DNA of 64,000 bases from Verrucomicrobiia bacterium (GTDB lineage Bacteria; Verrucomicrobiota; Verrucomicrobiia; Palsa-1439), in the NCBI GenBank assembly GCA_035516795.1, contig DATIZX010000076.1, positions 1,145 to 65,144 on the forward strand, written 5' to 3'. Under the pieces are notes generated by a model. That model was not told the origin of the DNA. It did no database searches and was given only the letters and a program-made list of their open reading frames with translations. The position numbers and the translations under genes are program-made. Below, piece by piece: positions 31,405 through 40,743 of this stretch. Within the stretch, counting starts at the first letter, position 1. Every line of letters begins with the position of its first letter.

Positions 31405-32292
31405 CTAGAACTGCAAATCCCGCCACGATTTGATGTTCGGGTCTATCAATTCCATTTCACCGGCGGCGGGCCCCCCGAAATGAAGAAAGAAACTGTTGAG
31501 ATAGGTTGCCGTCAGACACGTTTGCTTCATCGTGGTGAAGGACGGCAGGTCCAGAACCGTCGCCAGCTTGCGTTTGAGTCTCGCGCGGAAGCTGTGGTTC
31601 GCTCGCGGTTTGATCAGAAACGGATAGTGCAGGAACAAGACTGCGGGCCACATAACATTAAAACGCGGGTCAATCCACTGGACGGAATCAGACTTGACCA
31701 ACTCGTAGGAGAGGGGACGCATCTCCATTTGCCATTCTCGCCCGCCTTTTTCTTCGTAATTGGAGTATGTGCGTTCGAGAAGGGAACGATGATGGCGGGG
31801 CGATAGCACCAACACGCCCGTATTCACAACTTCGTCAACGCCCGCGGAAAAGCCATACGTGGTATAGTACTCGGGCGCCGTATAGTTTCTGATCGCCTTG
31901 CCTTCGAAGAACTCGTAGATCCGATCATGAATCGCTTCGCGGTAGTGATGCCATTCTCGCGAATACGGATATTCTTCAACGGCCCCCACCTTCTCCAATG
32001 GTACGCCAGAATCAATCGCCGGAGCAGCGTGATTGTTGATCAGGATGTCTGAATCGATCCACACGATTCGCTCGTAACGCTGGGCAAAATCCTGGCTGAG
32101 AATCAGACATTTTTGCCACGCCGGCGATCGCTTGCGAGCACGCTCCGAATTGTCGAGGGGCTGCTCGATGCAAATGAGATCGAAGCCGTGTCGAGAAGCA
32201 TAGGCTCGCCAGTTGGATTCGCACCTGCGCTTCCAGTGTTGCTGATATGGTTCACCCATCGCCAAGGTGACGATCGCTTTGGAAGAGTTCAT
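31405..32292 (-). CDS. Putative nucleotide-diphospho-sugar transferase (GT-A, DxD motif), paralog
   Basis: Has an IVWIDSDILIN block. About 50% identical to the gene at 30481..31374. Confidence 0.45.
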   Translation of the reverse strand: MNSSKAIVTLAMGEPYQQHWKRRCESNWRAYASRHGFDLICIEQPLDNSERARKRSPAWQKCLILSQDFAQRYERIVWIDSDILINNHAAPAIDSGVPLEKVGAVEEYPYSREWHHYREAIHDRIYEFFEGKAIRNYTAPEYYTTYGFSAGVDEVVNTGVLVLSPRHHRSLLERTYSNYEEKGGREWQMEMRPLSYELVKSDSVQWIDPRFNVMWPAVLFLHYPFLIKPRANHSFRARLKRKLATVLDLPSFTTMKQTCLTATYLNSFFLHFGGPAAGEMELIDPNIKSWRDLQF

Positions 32293-32307
32293 CTACTCCC
32301 ACCAGCA

Positions 32308-33021
32308 CTATGCTTTTTGCATGGGACGAATGTCGATTTCCGTGATTTCGGCGGTGCGTGGCAGGCAGAGCGCATGCAGCACTGTCGCGGCAACATCCGC
32401 CGGCTGCAACAACCGCTCCGGTCGGTATTCTTTGCCTTCTGCTTGGTGAAGAGCAGCTTGCATGGGGGTTGCCGTCCGACCGACAAAAACACTCAGCACC
32501 CGAACTCCATCGACGTTCACTTCCTGGCGCAAACTATCGGCCATCGCCTTCAGGGCTGCTTTGGTTGCCGCATATTGGCTGATCAACGCCGCAGGCGTCA
32601 GGCGCGCGACGCTGGAATTGATGAAAACAATCTGACCATGCCGTTGACGCAGACCGGGCAAGAGCGCCTGCGTCAGTACGAATGGCGCGCGGACGTTGAC
32701 GCGGTACTGCCGGTCAAGGTTGGCCGGAGATGCGGTGGTAGTGCTTTCCCTCACAAACACGCCCGCACTGTGGACCAGAATATCCGCCCCTCCGAATTCC
32801 TTTTGGATGGCACTGGCGGCATCGAGAATCTGACGTTCCACGTCCAAATCAACGGTAAACCGGGCAGAATGAGGGGCCGAAACGTGAACTCGTTCCACGT
32901 GACGGCCGAGCAAGCACAGCGTTGCCCCTTCGGCGCCGAGTGCCAGCGCGATGGCTTTGCCAATGCCGCTGCTGGCACCAGTGACGACCGCAATCTGGTC
33001 CGTGAGTGGACCACGCATCAT
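32308..33021 (-). CDS. SDR-family oxidoreductase
   Basis: Reads VTGASSGIGKAIAL...YxxxK. Confidence 0.8.
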   Translation of the reverse strand: MMRGPLTDQIAVVTGASSGIGKAIALALGAEGATLCLLGRHVERVHVSAPHSARFTVDLDVERQILDAASAIQKEFGGADILVHSAGVFVRESTTTASPANLDRQYRVNVRAPFVLTQALLPGLRQRHGQIVFINSSVARLTPAALISQYAATKAALKAMADSLRQEVNVDGVRVLSVFVGRTATPMQAALHQAEGKEYRPERLLQPADVAATVLHALCLPRTAEITEIDIRPMQKA

Positions 33022-34304
33022 TCAAGTTCCTTCAACAGTGAGTGATCGAGCAACGCGTCGGCCGCTTTGCGAATCAGAGCAAATTCCATTTCCGAACGCT
33101 CGGCGATATCGAGCAGGAAATGTTTGCCATCGGAGAGGTTCAGTACCCAGAGCATGGCCAGTTCAAAATTCCGTGAACCAGTTTGGCCGCCGACGTTTTG
33201 ATAAAGCCCGCGCCGGCCCAGTTGGGGTTCGCATTTCGGATTGAGATTCACGCAGGTTCGGTTGCCTTCCAATACATCGAGTACCGCGAGGCATTTCTGG
33301 AAGGAATCGGCGAGGCTCGCCGGTTTCACGAATTCCAGGTTGTCCGCCGACGTGTGATACTCGGGGTAACGACCGTTCGGGGTGCGCATGAAGCAACCGA
33401 CCGGGAGATCGAAACCCGGCGAGCAATACTGGCGCTCATCGTACCCGTAGGGAGAGAAATTTTGGATCTCAAATTGTTGGCCGGAATGCTTCAGAACGTG
33501 CGCGACAGCCCGGTCAATCTCAGCATTGCCGCGCCGGCTCTTCTTATAGGTCGATGGGCCTGCGTCGCCGACGCAAGTGATTACCAACCCGTGCTTGATC
33601 TTGGCGGCGTTCGATTCGTTGCGGCTGAGCCAGGTAATGGAGCCGATGGTGCCCGGAATGAAGAGAAATCTGTACGAATACCGCCGAGTCACAGCACCAA
33701 GGTGCTTTGCCAGAAAGGTCGTCAATGCGATGCCGGACAAATTATCATTGGCGAGCGAAGGATGACAGGTGTGACAAGAGAGCAGAACCTCGTCGCAGCT
33801 GTGACCGGGCAGGTAAAGCTCTCCATACGTGAGATGGCCGTCCTGTAATGTCGAATCGATCGAAACTTCATATTCGTCATCCGGCAGGGAAAGCAATTGG
33901 CTGTGACTCAAACAAAAGCCCCAGCGCTCTGCATAGTAGGACGTGCGATAAGGAATCCAGTCCGGGTGCTCTGGAAGAGAATAAAGATGCGGTTTCAATT
34001 CGGGCAGACGCATCCTCGCCTTGACTGGAATGCTGTATTGGAGCACGTGCAGGTTTGACTTTTGGAAATCGATGACCCGCTCGCCTTTGCTGTTTTTGAT
34101 GTAGGCATCGCGGATATTCCATTCCTTCGGCACGATCCAGTCGAACACCCGCGTTCCGCTCGGGACCTCCTGCACGTCCAGGGAAACATGACGCTTCAAT
34201 GCTTTCAGCGTCTCGCGGAAACCAGTGCCGGTAATGCTCCGGCAGAGAGGGTACAACTCCCCGATCAGACGGTGCATCTCGTGACCAGTATGTTCGGCGG
34301 TCAT
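33018..34304 (-). CDS. Aminopeptidase-like domain protein (DUF4910/DUF2172-like, M28-like metal site)
   Basis: CHTCHPSLANDNLSGIA resembles the M28/M20 metal-binding block. This family is typically found in sugar-modification clusters. Confidence 0.45.
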   Translation of the reverse strand: MTAEHTGHEMHRLIGELYPLCRSITGTGFRETLKALKRHVSLDVQEVPSGTRVFDWIVPKEWNIRDAYIKNSKGERVIDFQKSNLHVLQYSIPVKARMRLPELKPHLYSLPEHPDWIPYRTSYYAERWGFCLSHSQLLSLPDDEYEVSIDSTLQDGHLTYGELYLPGHSCDEVLLSCHTCHPSLANDNLSGIALTTFLAKHLGAVTRRYSYRFLFIPGTIGSITWLSRNESNAAKIKHGLVITCVGDAGPSTYKKSRRGNAEIDRAVAHVLKHSGQQFEIQNFSPYGYDERQYCSPGFDLPVGCFMRTPNGRYPEYHTSADNLEFVKPASLADSFQKCLAVLDVLEGNRTCVNLNPKCEPQLGRRGLYQNVGGQTGSRNFELAMLWVLNLSDGKHFLLDIAERSEMEFALIRKAADALLDHSLLKELE

Positions 34305-34831
34305 CCTTTGAAGTACGGGTAATTATCGTCGCGGTCGGTGATCACGGTCACCTCACCGGGCCAGCGGACCCGGAACGCGGGGTCATTCCAGCGTACACCG
34401 GCCGCATGGGGGGGAGCGTAATAAGCCGACATTTGGTAGAAAATTTCGGTGGTGTCTTCGAGAGTCAGGAAACCGTGCGCGCAGCCCGGGGGAATCACCA
34501 TCATGCGATGATTGGCGGCTGACAAGGTATCACCTACCCATTGTTTGAACGTTGGAGAATCAGGCCGCAGGTCGATCGCCACATCGTAAAGAGAACCCAT
34601 CGTGCAACGGACAATCTTGGTTTCTGCGTGCGGTGGTTTCTGGTAATGCATGCCGCGCAGGGTGCCCTTGCGTTTGTTGAACGAAATATTGCATTGCACC
34701 AGGCGCGAGTCGATTCCCTGCTCTTCGAATTCAGTCTGGCACCACGCGCGGGCAAAGAAACCACGCGCATCGGGAATCAGTTCGGGGTCGAGTACAAATA
34801 CGCCCTGGATCTTTGTCTTTGTGAAAAGCAT
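34301..34831 (-). CDS. NDP-4-dehydro-6-deoxyhexose 3,5-epimerase-like cupin (RmlC family)
   Basis: Reads GVFVLDPELIPDARGFFARAW...KGTLRGMHYQ...MMVIPPGCAHGF. Confidence 0.8.
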   Translation of the reverse strand: MLFTKTKIQGVFVLDPELIPDARGFFARAWCQTEFEEQGIDSRLVQCNISFNKRKGTLRGMHYQKPPHAETKIVRCTMGSLYDVAIDLRPDSPTFKQWVGDTLSAANHRMMVIPPGCAHGFLTLEDTTEIFYQMSAYYAPPHAAGVRWNDPAFRVRWPGEVTVITDRDDNYPYFKG

Positions 34832-34837
34832 GTGTTT

Positions 34838-35494
34838 CTATCCGATGAGCACCTTGGGACAATAAAACGCTTCCGCATACTTGCTGGGGGAATTGGATTC
34901 GAGTCCGCGCAAGCGGAGCAGCGCCAGAAACGTGTCGGCGTCGAACCACTGCTTATTCTTCTGTGTTTTGAACGTCTCGCAGATGTAATGAACTTTGCGT
35001 TCGGCCAGGGATTTCTCCACATGGACGTAGGCATTGGGGGTCCCCATGTCGCCATCATATTTTGGGATTTCGTATTCGAGAATCAGATGGTTGCGAAACG
35101 CATTCCACGTCAATTCCGCAATCAGCCGGTGGTCTTGGTGCAGGTCGCGCCGGTGATGGGTAAAGATGATGTCCGGAGAGATCTGCTGGCTCAATTGCTG
35201 GACGAATTTTTTGATCCGATCGCCCGCGAACGGAAAATAACTGTCGCGGAATTTCCTGATGACAAGACGTTTCTGCCGGGCATTCCGCAGAAACAACTGC
35301 GCGCCTCTCCGCGCTTCCCGGGTTCTTGCAAGGTTCGCGCTCAAAACGATCCAATGAACGCAAAGGTTGGGATCCAACTCAGTTAGCTTCAGCAACGTGC
35401 CGCCGCAGCCGATTTCGATGTCATCGGCGTGGGCGCCGAGACACAATACCGTAAGCGGTGAGCCACTCTTGTGATTGAAACTTAGCGTGAGCAT
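34838..35494 (-). CDS. PIG-L/LmbE-family deacetylase
   Basis: Reads LCLGAHADDIEIGCGGTL...HHRRDLHQDH. Confidence 0.75.
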   Translation of the reverse strand: MLTLSFNHKSGSPLTVLCLGAHADDIEIGCGGTLLKLTELDPNLCVHWIVLSANLARTREARRGAQLFLRNARQKRLVIRKFRDSYFPFAGDRIKKFVQQLSQQISPDIIFTHHRRDLHQDHRLIAELTWNAFRNHLILEYEIPKYDGDMGTPNAYVHVEKSLAERKVHYICETFKTQKNKQWFDADTFLALLRLRGLESNSPSKYAEAFYCPKVLIG

Positions 35495-35515
35495 CAGAAC
35501 CGGGAGGACACTATC

Positions 35516-36316
35516 TCAATTGGCTTCGGCCTCATGCAAGGGATTCTTCCAAACTTCCCACGGGGCATTGCCGCGGGCGTGGAGTTCCTCGAGTTGCTGT
35601 TTGTCCTTGAAAGTGTCCATCGCGGCCCAGAATCCATCGTAACGAAAGGCGGCCAGTTGATGGTCCTGAATAAGCCGCTGGAATGGACCCTGCACGAGTT
35701 CTTCACCGTTCTGGACATAGTCGAAGATTTCTTTACGAAACACGTAGAAGCCGCCATTGATGCGGATATTGGACCGATGAATGTCACGGATATCGGTGAC
35801 CGCTCCTTGCTCGCTGAGCGAAACGAAATGATAGGTCAGGTTCGGCTTGACGCACAAGAAGGTAGCGATGGTGTTCTGCTGCTTGGCGAAATCGAGCAGG
35901 TCGGGCAGAGGCATGTTGGTCAGGCCATCGCTGTAGTTGGTCAGGAATACGTCTTCGCCATTGAGATAACGCTGCACGAGTTTCAACCGCTGCCCGACCG
36001 TGCAATACATGCCGGTATCCACGAATGTGATTTTCCAGTCTCGCATATCGCTACTCAGCAGTTCGACATTGCGCCCGCCATCACTGAGCACGAAATCGTT
36101 GAGCAGACATTCATTGTAATTGAGAAAGTGCTGCTTGATCAGGTCAGCCTTGTAACCGAGGCACAGGATAAACTCGTTATGACCGTAATAGGCATAATAC
36201 TTCATGACATGCCAGAGGATGGGCATGTTGCCAATCTTCACCAGGGGCTTGGGCAGGCTTTCCTCGGTATCTTTCAACCGCATGCCCAGCCCTCCACAAA
36301 ACAAAACAACCTTCAT
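35516..36316 (-). CDS. Glucose-1-phosphate cytidylyltransferase-like nucleotidyltransferase (RfbF paralog)
   Basis: Reads MKVVLFCGGLGMRLKDTEESLPKPLVKIGNMPILWHVM. The start is internal; the ORF track's 5' extension overlaps the upstream gene. Confidence 0.75.
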   Translation of the reverse strand: MKVVLFCGGLGMRLKDTEESLPKPLVKIGNMPILWHVMKYYAYYGHNEFILCLGYKADLIKQHFLNYNECLLNDFVLSDGGRNVELLSSDMRDWKITFVDTGMYCTVGQRLKLVQRYLNGEDVFLTNYSDGLTNMPLPDLLDFAKQQNTIATFLCVKPNLTYHFVSLSEQGAVTDIRDIHRSNIRINGGFYVFRKEIFDYVQNGEELVQGPFQRLIQDHQLAAFRYDGFWAAMDTFKDKQQLEELHARGNAPWEVWKNPLHEAEAN

Positions 36317-36345
36317 AAGCCGGCTCCTTTTTTCTTTCCTTGACT

Positions 36346-37614
36346 CTAAGAAATATCCAGCGGCGAAAACACCTGCACCTCGGGTATGGGCACCACGAAT
36401 TGTCCACCCCAATTCTTGATAAATGCCATTTGCTGCATGATCTCGTCTTTGATGTTCCAAGGTAGGATCAATACAAAATCAGGTTTCGTTTCGCGAATCT
36501 TGTCCGGCGCATAAACCGGAATGTGGGTGCCGGGCAGAAACAACCCTTGTTTGTGTGGACTCCGGTCTACCGTGTAATCGAGGAAATCCGTTCTCGTGCC
36601 GCAGTAGTTGAGCAGCGTGTTGCCCTTGGCCGGGGCGCCGTAACCGGCAATGGTTTTGCCATTGCGTTTGGCAGCAATCAGAAAATCCAGCAGCTTGCGC
36701 TTGGTTTCCTTTACGCGTTCCGTGAACGAGAAATACGTCTCAAGTTGATCGAAACCAGCGGTCAATTCGCGCTGACGGAGTTCTTGCACGCGCGAAGTCA
36801 CCGGATGCGACCCCTCCGCTGTATGCCGAACGTAAATTCGCAAGGACCCGCCGTGCGTGGGCAATTCCTCCACGTCGAACACGGTCATCGCGTGCGCTCC
36901 GAATATCTTCCCGACCACGAGCAGGGACAAGTATTGGTAATGCTCGTGGTAAATGGTGTCGAACTGGTTTTCCGCCATTAACCGCATCAGGTGCGGGAAT
37001 TCCATTGTCAGCACGCCGGTCGGCCTGAGAAGAATCCGCAAACCCTCGACAAAATCGTTAATATCAGGCACATGGGCCAGCACGTTGTTGCCCACGAGGA
37101 GATCAGCCTGCGAATGGTCGCGCACGATTTCACGCGCCGTTTGTTCGCCGAGGAATTTCATCACGGTAGGGATGCCCTTTTTCTCAGCAGCGGCAGCAGT
37201 GTTGGCAGTGGGCTCGATTCCCAGAACGGGAATCCCCTTCGCCAGAAAATACTGCAGCAAATATCCATCGTTGCATGCAACCTCGATCACCTGATGTTGT
37301 GGGCCCAGCGCGAGGCGCCCGGTAATCATTTCGACGTATTTTTTTGCATGCTCCAGCCAACTATCGGAGAAAGACGAGAAATACGCATAGTTGTCGCTGA
37401 AGATGTGTCGGGCGCTGATGCAATCAGCCACCTGTACCAAAAAGCAACTGGCGCAGACCTTCACATGCAGCGGATAGAATGGCTCCATCTCGCCCAATTG
37501 CGCCGCATTCAGGAAATCATTTGAAATAGGCGATGCACCCAAATCAATGAACGTGTGCGCTAGCGGTGCACCACAAAAGCGACAGGATGGAGAGGTCAAG
37601 ATGAATGCCTCCAA
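36346..37614 (-). CDS. NDP-hexose C-methyltransferase (TylCIII/Methyltransf_13+14-like)
   Basis: Has an N-terminal Zn-ribbon (CRFCGAPL...CASC), a class I methyltransferase core and a C-terminal C-methyltransferase domain. The start is probably TTG at about 37614 or 37599, overlapping the upstream stop. The ORF track's Arg-rich N-terminal extension is rejected. Confidence 0.72.
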   Translation of the reverse strand: MEAFILTSPSCRFCGAPLAHTFIDLGASPISNDFLNAAQLGEMEPFYPLHVKVCASCFLVQVADCISARHIFSDNYAYFSSFSDSWLEHAKKYVEMITGRLALGPQHQVIEVACNDGYLLQYFLAKGIPVLGIEPTANTAAAAEKKGIPTVMKFLGEQTAREIVRDHSQADLLVGNNVLAHVPDINDFVEGLRILLRPTGVLTMEFPHLMRLMAENQFDTIYHEHYQYLSLLVVGKIFGAHAMTVFDVEELPTHGGSLRIYVRHTAEGSHPVTSRVQELRQRELTAGFDQLETYFSFTERVKETKRKLLDFLIAAKRNGKTIAGYGAPAKGNTLLNYCGTRTDFLDYTVDRSPHKQGLFLPGTHIPVYAPDKIRETKPDFVLILPWNIKDEIMQQMAFIKNWGGQFVVPIPEVQVFSPLDIS

Positions 37615-38627
37615 TAGAAACGCTCGTCGATTTGCGCGGACTGCAGGAGGTGTTCGAGTTGTTTCAGCCGAGTGAACGCTCGGAACTCGAACACCTCGCG
37701 TGTCAGATTGATTTTCTCGAACACAGCCCGCAGTTCGCGCGCGCCGGTGTGCGCGTCGCGCTGGCAACGAAAACCGGGGAGACGGGAGGTGATTTTGTCG
37801 AAATTGACGCGATAACTCCGGTTATCCGCGCCCCGCGCGCCGAAAGTCAGCGCGCAGCCGGGGAAAGCTTCCGCGACAATTTCGGCGATCTCCCGCACCC
37901 GATAGTTCTGGCCGTTATCGCCAACGTTAAACACCTGATTGTGTATGACCTCGCGCGGTGCCTGGAGAGTGCAGGCTATCGCGTCACAGATGTCCAGGAC
38001 GTGAACGAGAGGGCGCCACGGTGTGCCGTCACTGATCATTTTGATTTCCCTGGTTGTCCAGGCAAGACCGGCCAGGTTGTTGAGAACGATGTCGAAGCGC
38101 ATGCGCGGCGACGCACCAAACGCCGTGGCATTGCGCAAGAAAGTCGGCGAAAAACTGTTGTCCGCCAACTCCCCGATATCGTGTTCCACGAGCACCTTGC
38201 ATTGGGCATAAGCGGTCTGGGGATTGGGCGGCGATTCTTCCGTGACATTCTCGGACGAGGCGACCCCATAAACGCTGCAGGAAGATGTGTAAACGAAGCG
38301 GGTGACCCCGACGTCTTTGGCTTTCCGGGCCAGGGCCACGCTGCCGACGTGGTTGATTTCGAATGTGAGTTCTGGATTGTGCTGTCCCAGCGGGTCGTTG
38401 GAGAGTTCTGCCAAGTGCACGACTGCATCGTATCCGCGCAGATCGTCATGAGTGATTCGCCGGATGTCTTTCTTGACGTGGTGTGCGACAGATGGGATTC
38501 CGTCATAAAGGAGACCATCGAGGTAAAAGCCGGTGTCCAAGCCTGTCACCTTGTGGCCCCGCTCACGAAGCATTGCCTCCAGCAACACCCCGATGTAGCC
38601 GTCGGTTCCGGTGACGAGTAGTTTCAT
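37596..38627 (-). CDS. NAD-dependent epimerase/dehydratase (extended SDR; CDP-sugar pathway enzyme)
   Basis: Reads MKLLVTGTDGYIG...YAQCK. Its exact activity (4,6-dehydratase, 2-epimerase or reductase) cannot be determined from the sequence alone. Confidence 0.78.
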   Translation of the reverse strand: MKLLVTGTDGYIGVLLEAMLRERGHKVTGLDTGFYLDGLLYDGIPSVAHHVKKDIRRITHDDLRGYDAVVHLAELSNDPLGQHNPELTFEINHVGSVALARKAKDVGVTRFVYTSSCSVYGVASSENVTEESPPNPQTAYAQCKVLVEHDIGELADNSFSPTFLRNATAFGASPRMRFDIVLNNLAGLAWTTREIKMISDGTPWRPLVHVLDICDAIACTLQAPREVIHNQVFNVGDNGQNYRVREIAEIVAEAFPGCALTFGARGADNRSYRVNFDKITSRLPGFRCQRDAHTGARELRAVFEKINLTREVFEFRAFTRLKQLEHLLQSAQIDERFYWRHSS

Positions 38628-38654
38628 GTCTTGCTCAGGCCAAGGGACACTCGA

Positions 38655-39428
38655 TCACTTCCAGATTTTCCACGGAACATTTCCAGAGTGCCACATGTCT
38701 TCCAGAAGATTCTTTTCCTTCAAGGTATCCATGCACGACCAGAATCCGGTGTGCCGGTACCCCATGAGTTGGCCATCGCGGGCGAGGTTTTCGACGGGCG
38801 CATGTTCCCAAACCGTGTCATCGCCTTCGATGTAATCCAGGCATTTGCGGTGGAGCACAAAATAACCTCCATTGATCCAGCCTTCGCTGGCTTCCGATTT
38901 TTCGTAGAACTCCCGCACGCGCTCGCCCTCGAATCCGATACGGCCGAATCGGGCTGGTGAGTGCACGGTAGTCACCGTCGCCAGCTTGCCATGCTCGTGA
39001 TGAAACGCGGTGAGCGCCGTAAGGTCGAGGTCGGCCACGCCGTCCCCATACGTGAACATGAACGTTTCATCTTTGGCGATCCATTTCGCGAGGCGTTTCA
39101 AACGGCCGCCGGTGTTGGTATTTAATCCCGTATCGATCAGGTGCACTTTCCATCGCGGTTGATTGCCATCGTGAATTTTGACCTTGCCTCCGGCGAGATC
39201 GACAGTCATGTCGTTGTTGAACGCGTAAAAATTCAGGAAATAATCTTTGATGATTTCCCCCCGATAACCGAGCGCAATGATGAACTCGGTGATGTTGTGG
39301 GCGGCGAAGATGTTCATGATGTGCCAGAGGATGGGACGACCCCCAATCTCGACCATGGGTTTGGGACGCAACATCGTCTCTTCGGATAACCTCGAACCGA
39401 ATCCGCCTGCCAGAATAATCGCTTTCAT
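38655..39428 (-). CDS. rfbF: Glucose-1-phosphate cytidylyltransferase
   Basis: 257 aa. Reads MKAIILAGGFGSRLSEETMLRPKPMVEIGGRPILWHIMN...FWSCMDTLKEK, a canonical RfbF. Confidence 0.85.
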   Translation of the reverse strand: MKAIILAGGFGSRLSEETMLRPKPMVEIGGRPILWHIMNIFAAHNITEFIIALGYRGEIIKDYFLNFYAFNNDMTVDLAGGKVKIHDGNQPRWKVHLIDTGLNTNTGGRLKRLAKWIAKDETFMFTYGDGVADLDLTALTAFHHEHGKLATVTTVHSPARFGRIGFEGERVREFYEKSEASEGWINGGYFVLHRKCLDYIEGDDTVWEHAPVENLARDGQLMGYRHTGFWSCMDTLKEKNLLEDMWHSGNVPWKIWK

Positions 39429-40741
39429 TGCCTCATCTCACTCAGTTTATACACTCCTGATTCGTAAACCTCGACCCCGCAGTCATTGCGAATTTGCATG
39501 TACCAGCTTCCGATTTGTGCCGCCGCCTGCACCCGGGCTTCGGCTGTTCGCGATGGATCGTAGCGCTCAAAGTATTCAACAATGCTCTCCACGGCATGTA
39601 CTTGGTCCAGATGTTGCAAGGAAAGAATTGGGACTGTTTGGTTACCCGTGTAACGATCGAAATCGGCGTACTTGTAATCGTAATAAGGACCAGAGGTCAC
39701 CGGCACCGCGGGGCAGCCCCCCATCATGGAAAAGAGGCAGCCATGAAAGGACATGGAGATGGTGCCGTACGCTTGTTCCGATAAATCAATCAGGTCATAC
39801 TCGTCTTTCAATCGCGCCACTTCGACGTTCAGTCGTCCCCCATTCGCATTCTGCAGATGGGACAAGATTTGCAGGTCATCGCAAAATGCAGGATCACTCA
39901 TCCCAAACAGCTTGAAAGGCAGGGCCAACCTTTGGTCGAGCGCTGCCAAGAAGGCGGCAAAGGCTTTCATCTCTGAGGCAGTGATGGCCCGCACGAAGTT
40001 GGTGCTCCGAAAATTGATCAAGATAAATGACCGGGCACGTTGGTACCGATGCTTCACCGGATACAAACGTGTGCAGGCGAACACCTCGTCGAACAGGAGT
40101 TGGTGACCCGCAAATCCAAATTCTTCCACACACCGGGCGTTGCGACAGCGCACGTCTGTGAACAACGGTCGAATGAAGAAGCGGAAAAACCACCGTTGCG
40201 CCAATGTTTGCCGACCGTACTGTTGCGGACCGCAGAACACGTCTTTGTGATAAAAACGGCAGAGCGCAAAATGCCAGAATAAGGGACAGGCGTTCGTCCA
40301 AAAAAACTGGGCCGACCACGCGCTCCCGCCATAGAAATAGCACGCCTCACAGCGCTCAATGTCGGCAGCGATGCCTTTGAGCAGCGAACGGTTCTCTCGC
40401 GTCGACAAGAGATGGAAGGGCAGATACAGAAACGCAGCCAACGCTCTGAGTGGCTCTGGGAACCGCAGGTGTCGCGCTTTGTTAAATAGTCTGGCATAAA
40501 CATATAACAGGCCGGGTCGACAACTCAATTGGACTTTTGGCGCCGCTGCTGTTTCTGCCCGTTCGCATTGTGTCTTGTTGAATTGATCGTCGAACCATCC
40601 GCACTGTTCTTCTGAATGGATCAGACACTCCACGCCTTCCGAATCGCCCAGGCCGGCAATGACGCTGCGGAGAATGCATTCGTCTCCGAGAGAGGCCATG
40701 CCATTATACGACCCGAGCACTAGAAACAATTTCGTTTGCAC
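39425..40741 (-). CDS. Polysaccharide pyruvyl transferase family protein
   Basis: A GTG start at 40741 gives MQTKLFLVLGSYNGMASLGDECIL, matching the pyruvyl-transferase N-terminal GxYGxxNxGDxxIL motif. The ORF track's longer 5' part overlaps the upstream gene. Confidence 0.6.
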   Translation of the reverse strand: MQTKLFLVLGSYNGMASLGDECILRSVIAGLGDSEGVECLIHSEEQCGWFDDQFNKTQCERAETAAAPKVQLSCRPGLLYVYARLFNKARHLRFPEPLRALAAFLYLPFHLLSTRENRSLLKGIAADIERCEACYFYGGSAWSAQFFWTNACPLFWHFALCRFYHKDVFCGPQQYGRQTLAQRWFFRFFIRPLFTDVRCRNARCVEEFGFAGHQLLFDEVFACTRLYPVKHRYQRARSFILINFRSTNFVRAITASEMKAFAAFLAALDQRLALPFKLFGMSDPAFCDDLQILSHLQNANGGRLNVEVARLKDEYDLIDLSEQAYGTISMSFHGCLFSMMGGCPAVPVTSGPYYDYKYADFDRYTGNQTVPILSLQHLDQVHAVESIVEYFERYDPSRTAEARVQAAAQIGSWYMQIRNDCGVEVYESGVYKLSEMRQ

Positions 40742-40743
40742 AT

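Noticed and set aside
37605-38621. 338-aa plus-strand ORF antisense to the epimerase/dehydratase gene
   Set aside because: Shadow ORF. No recognisable domain, and it is co-extensive with a strongly supported minus-strand CDS.
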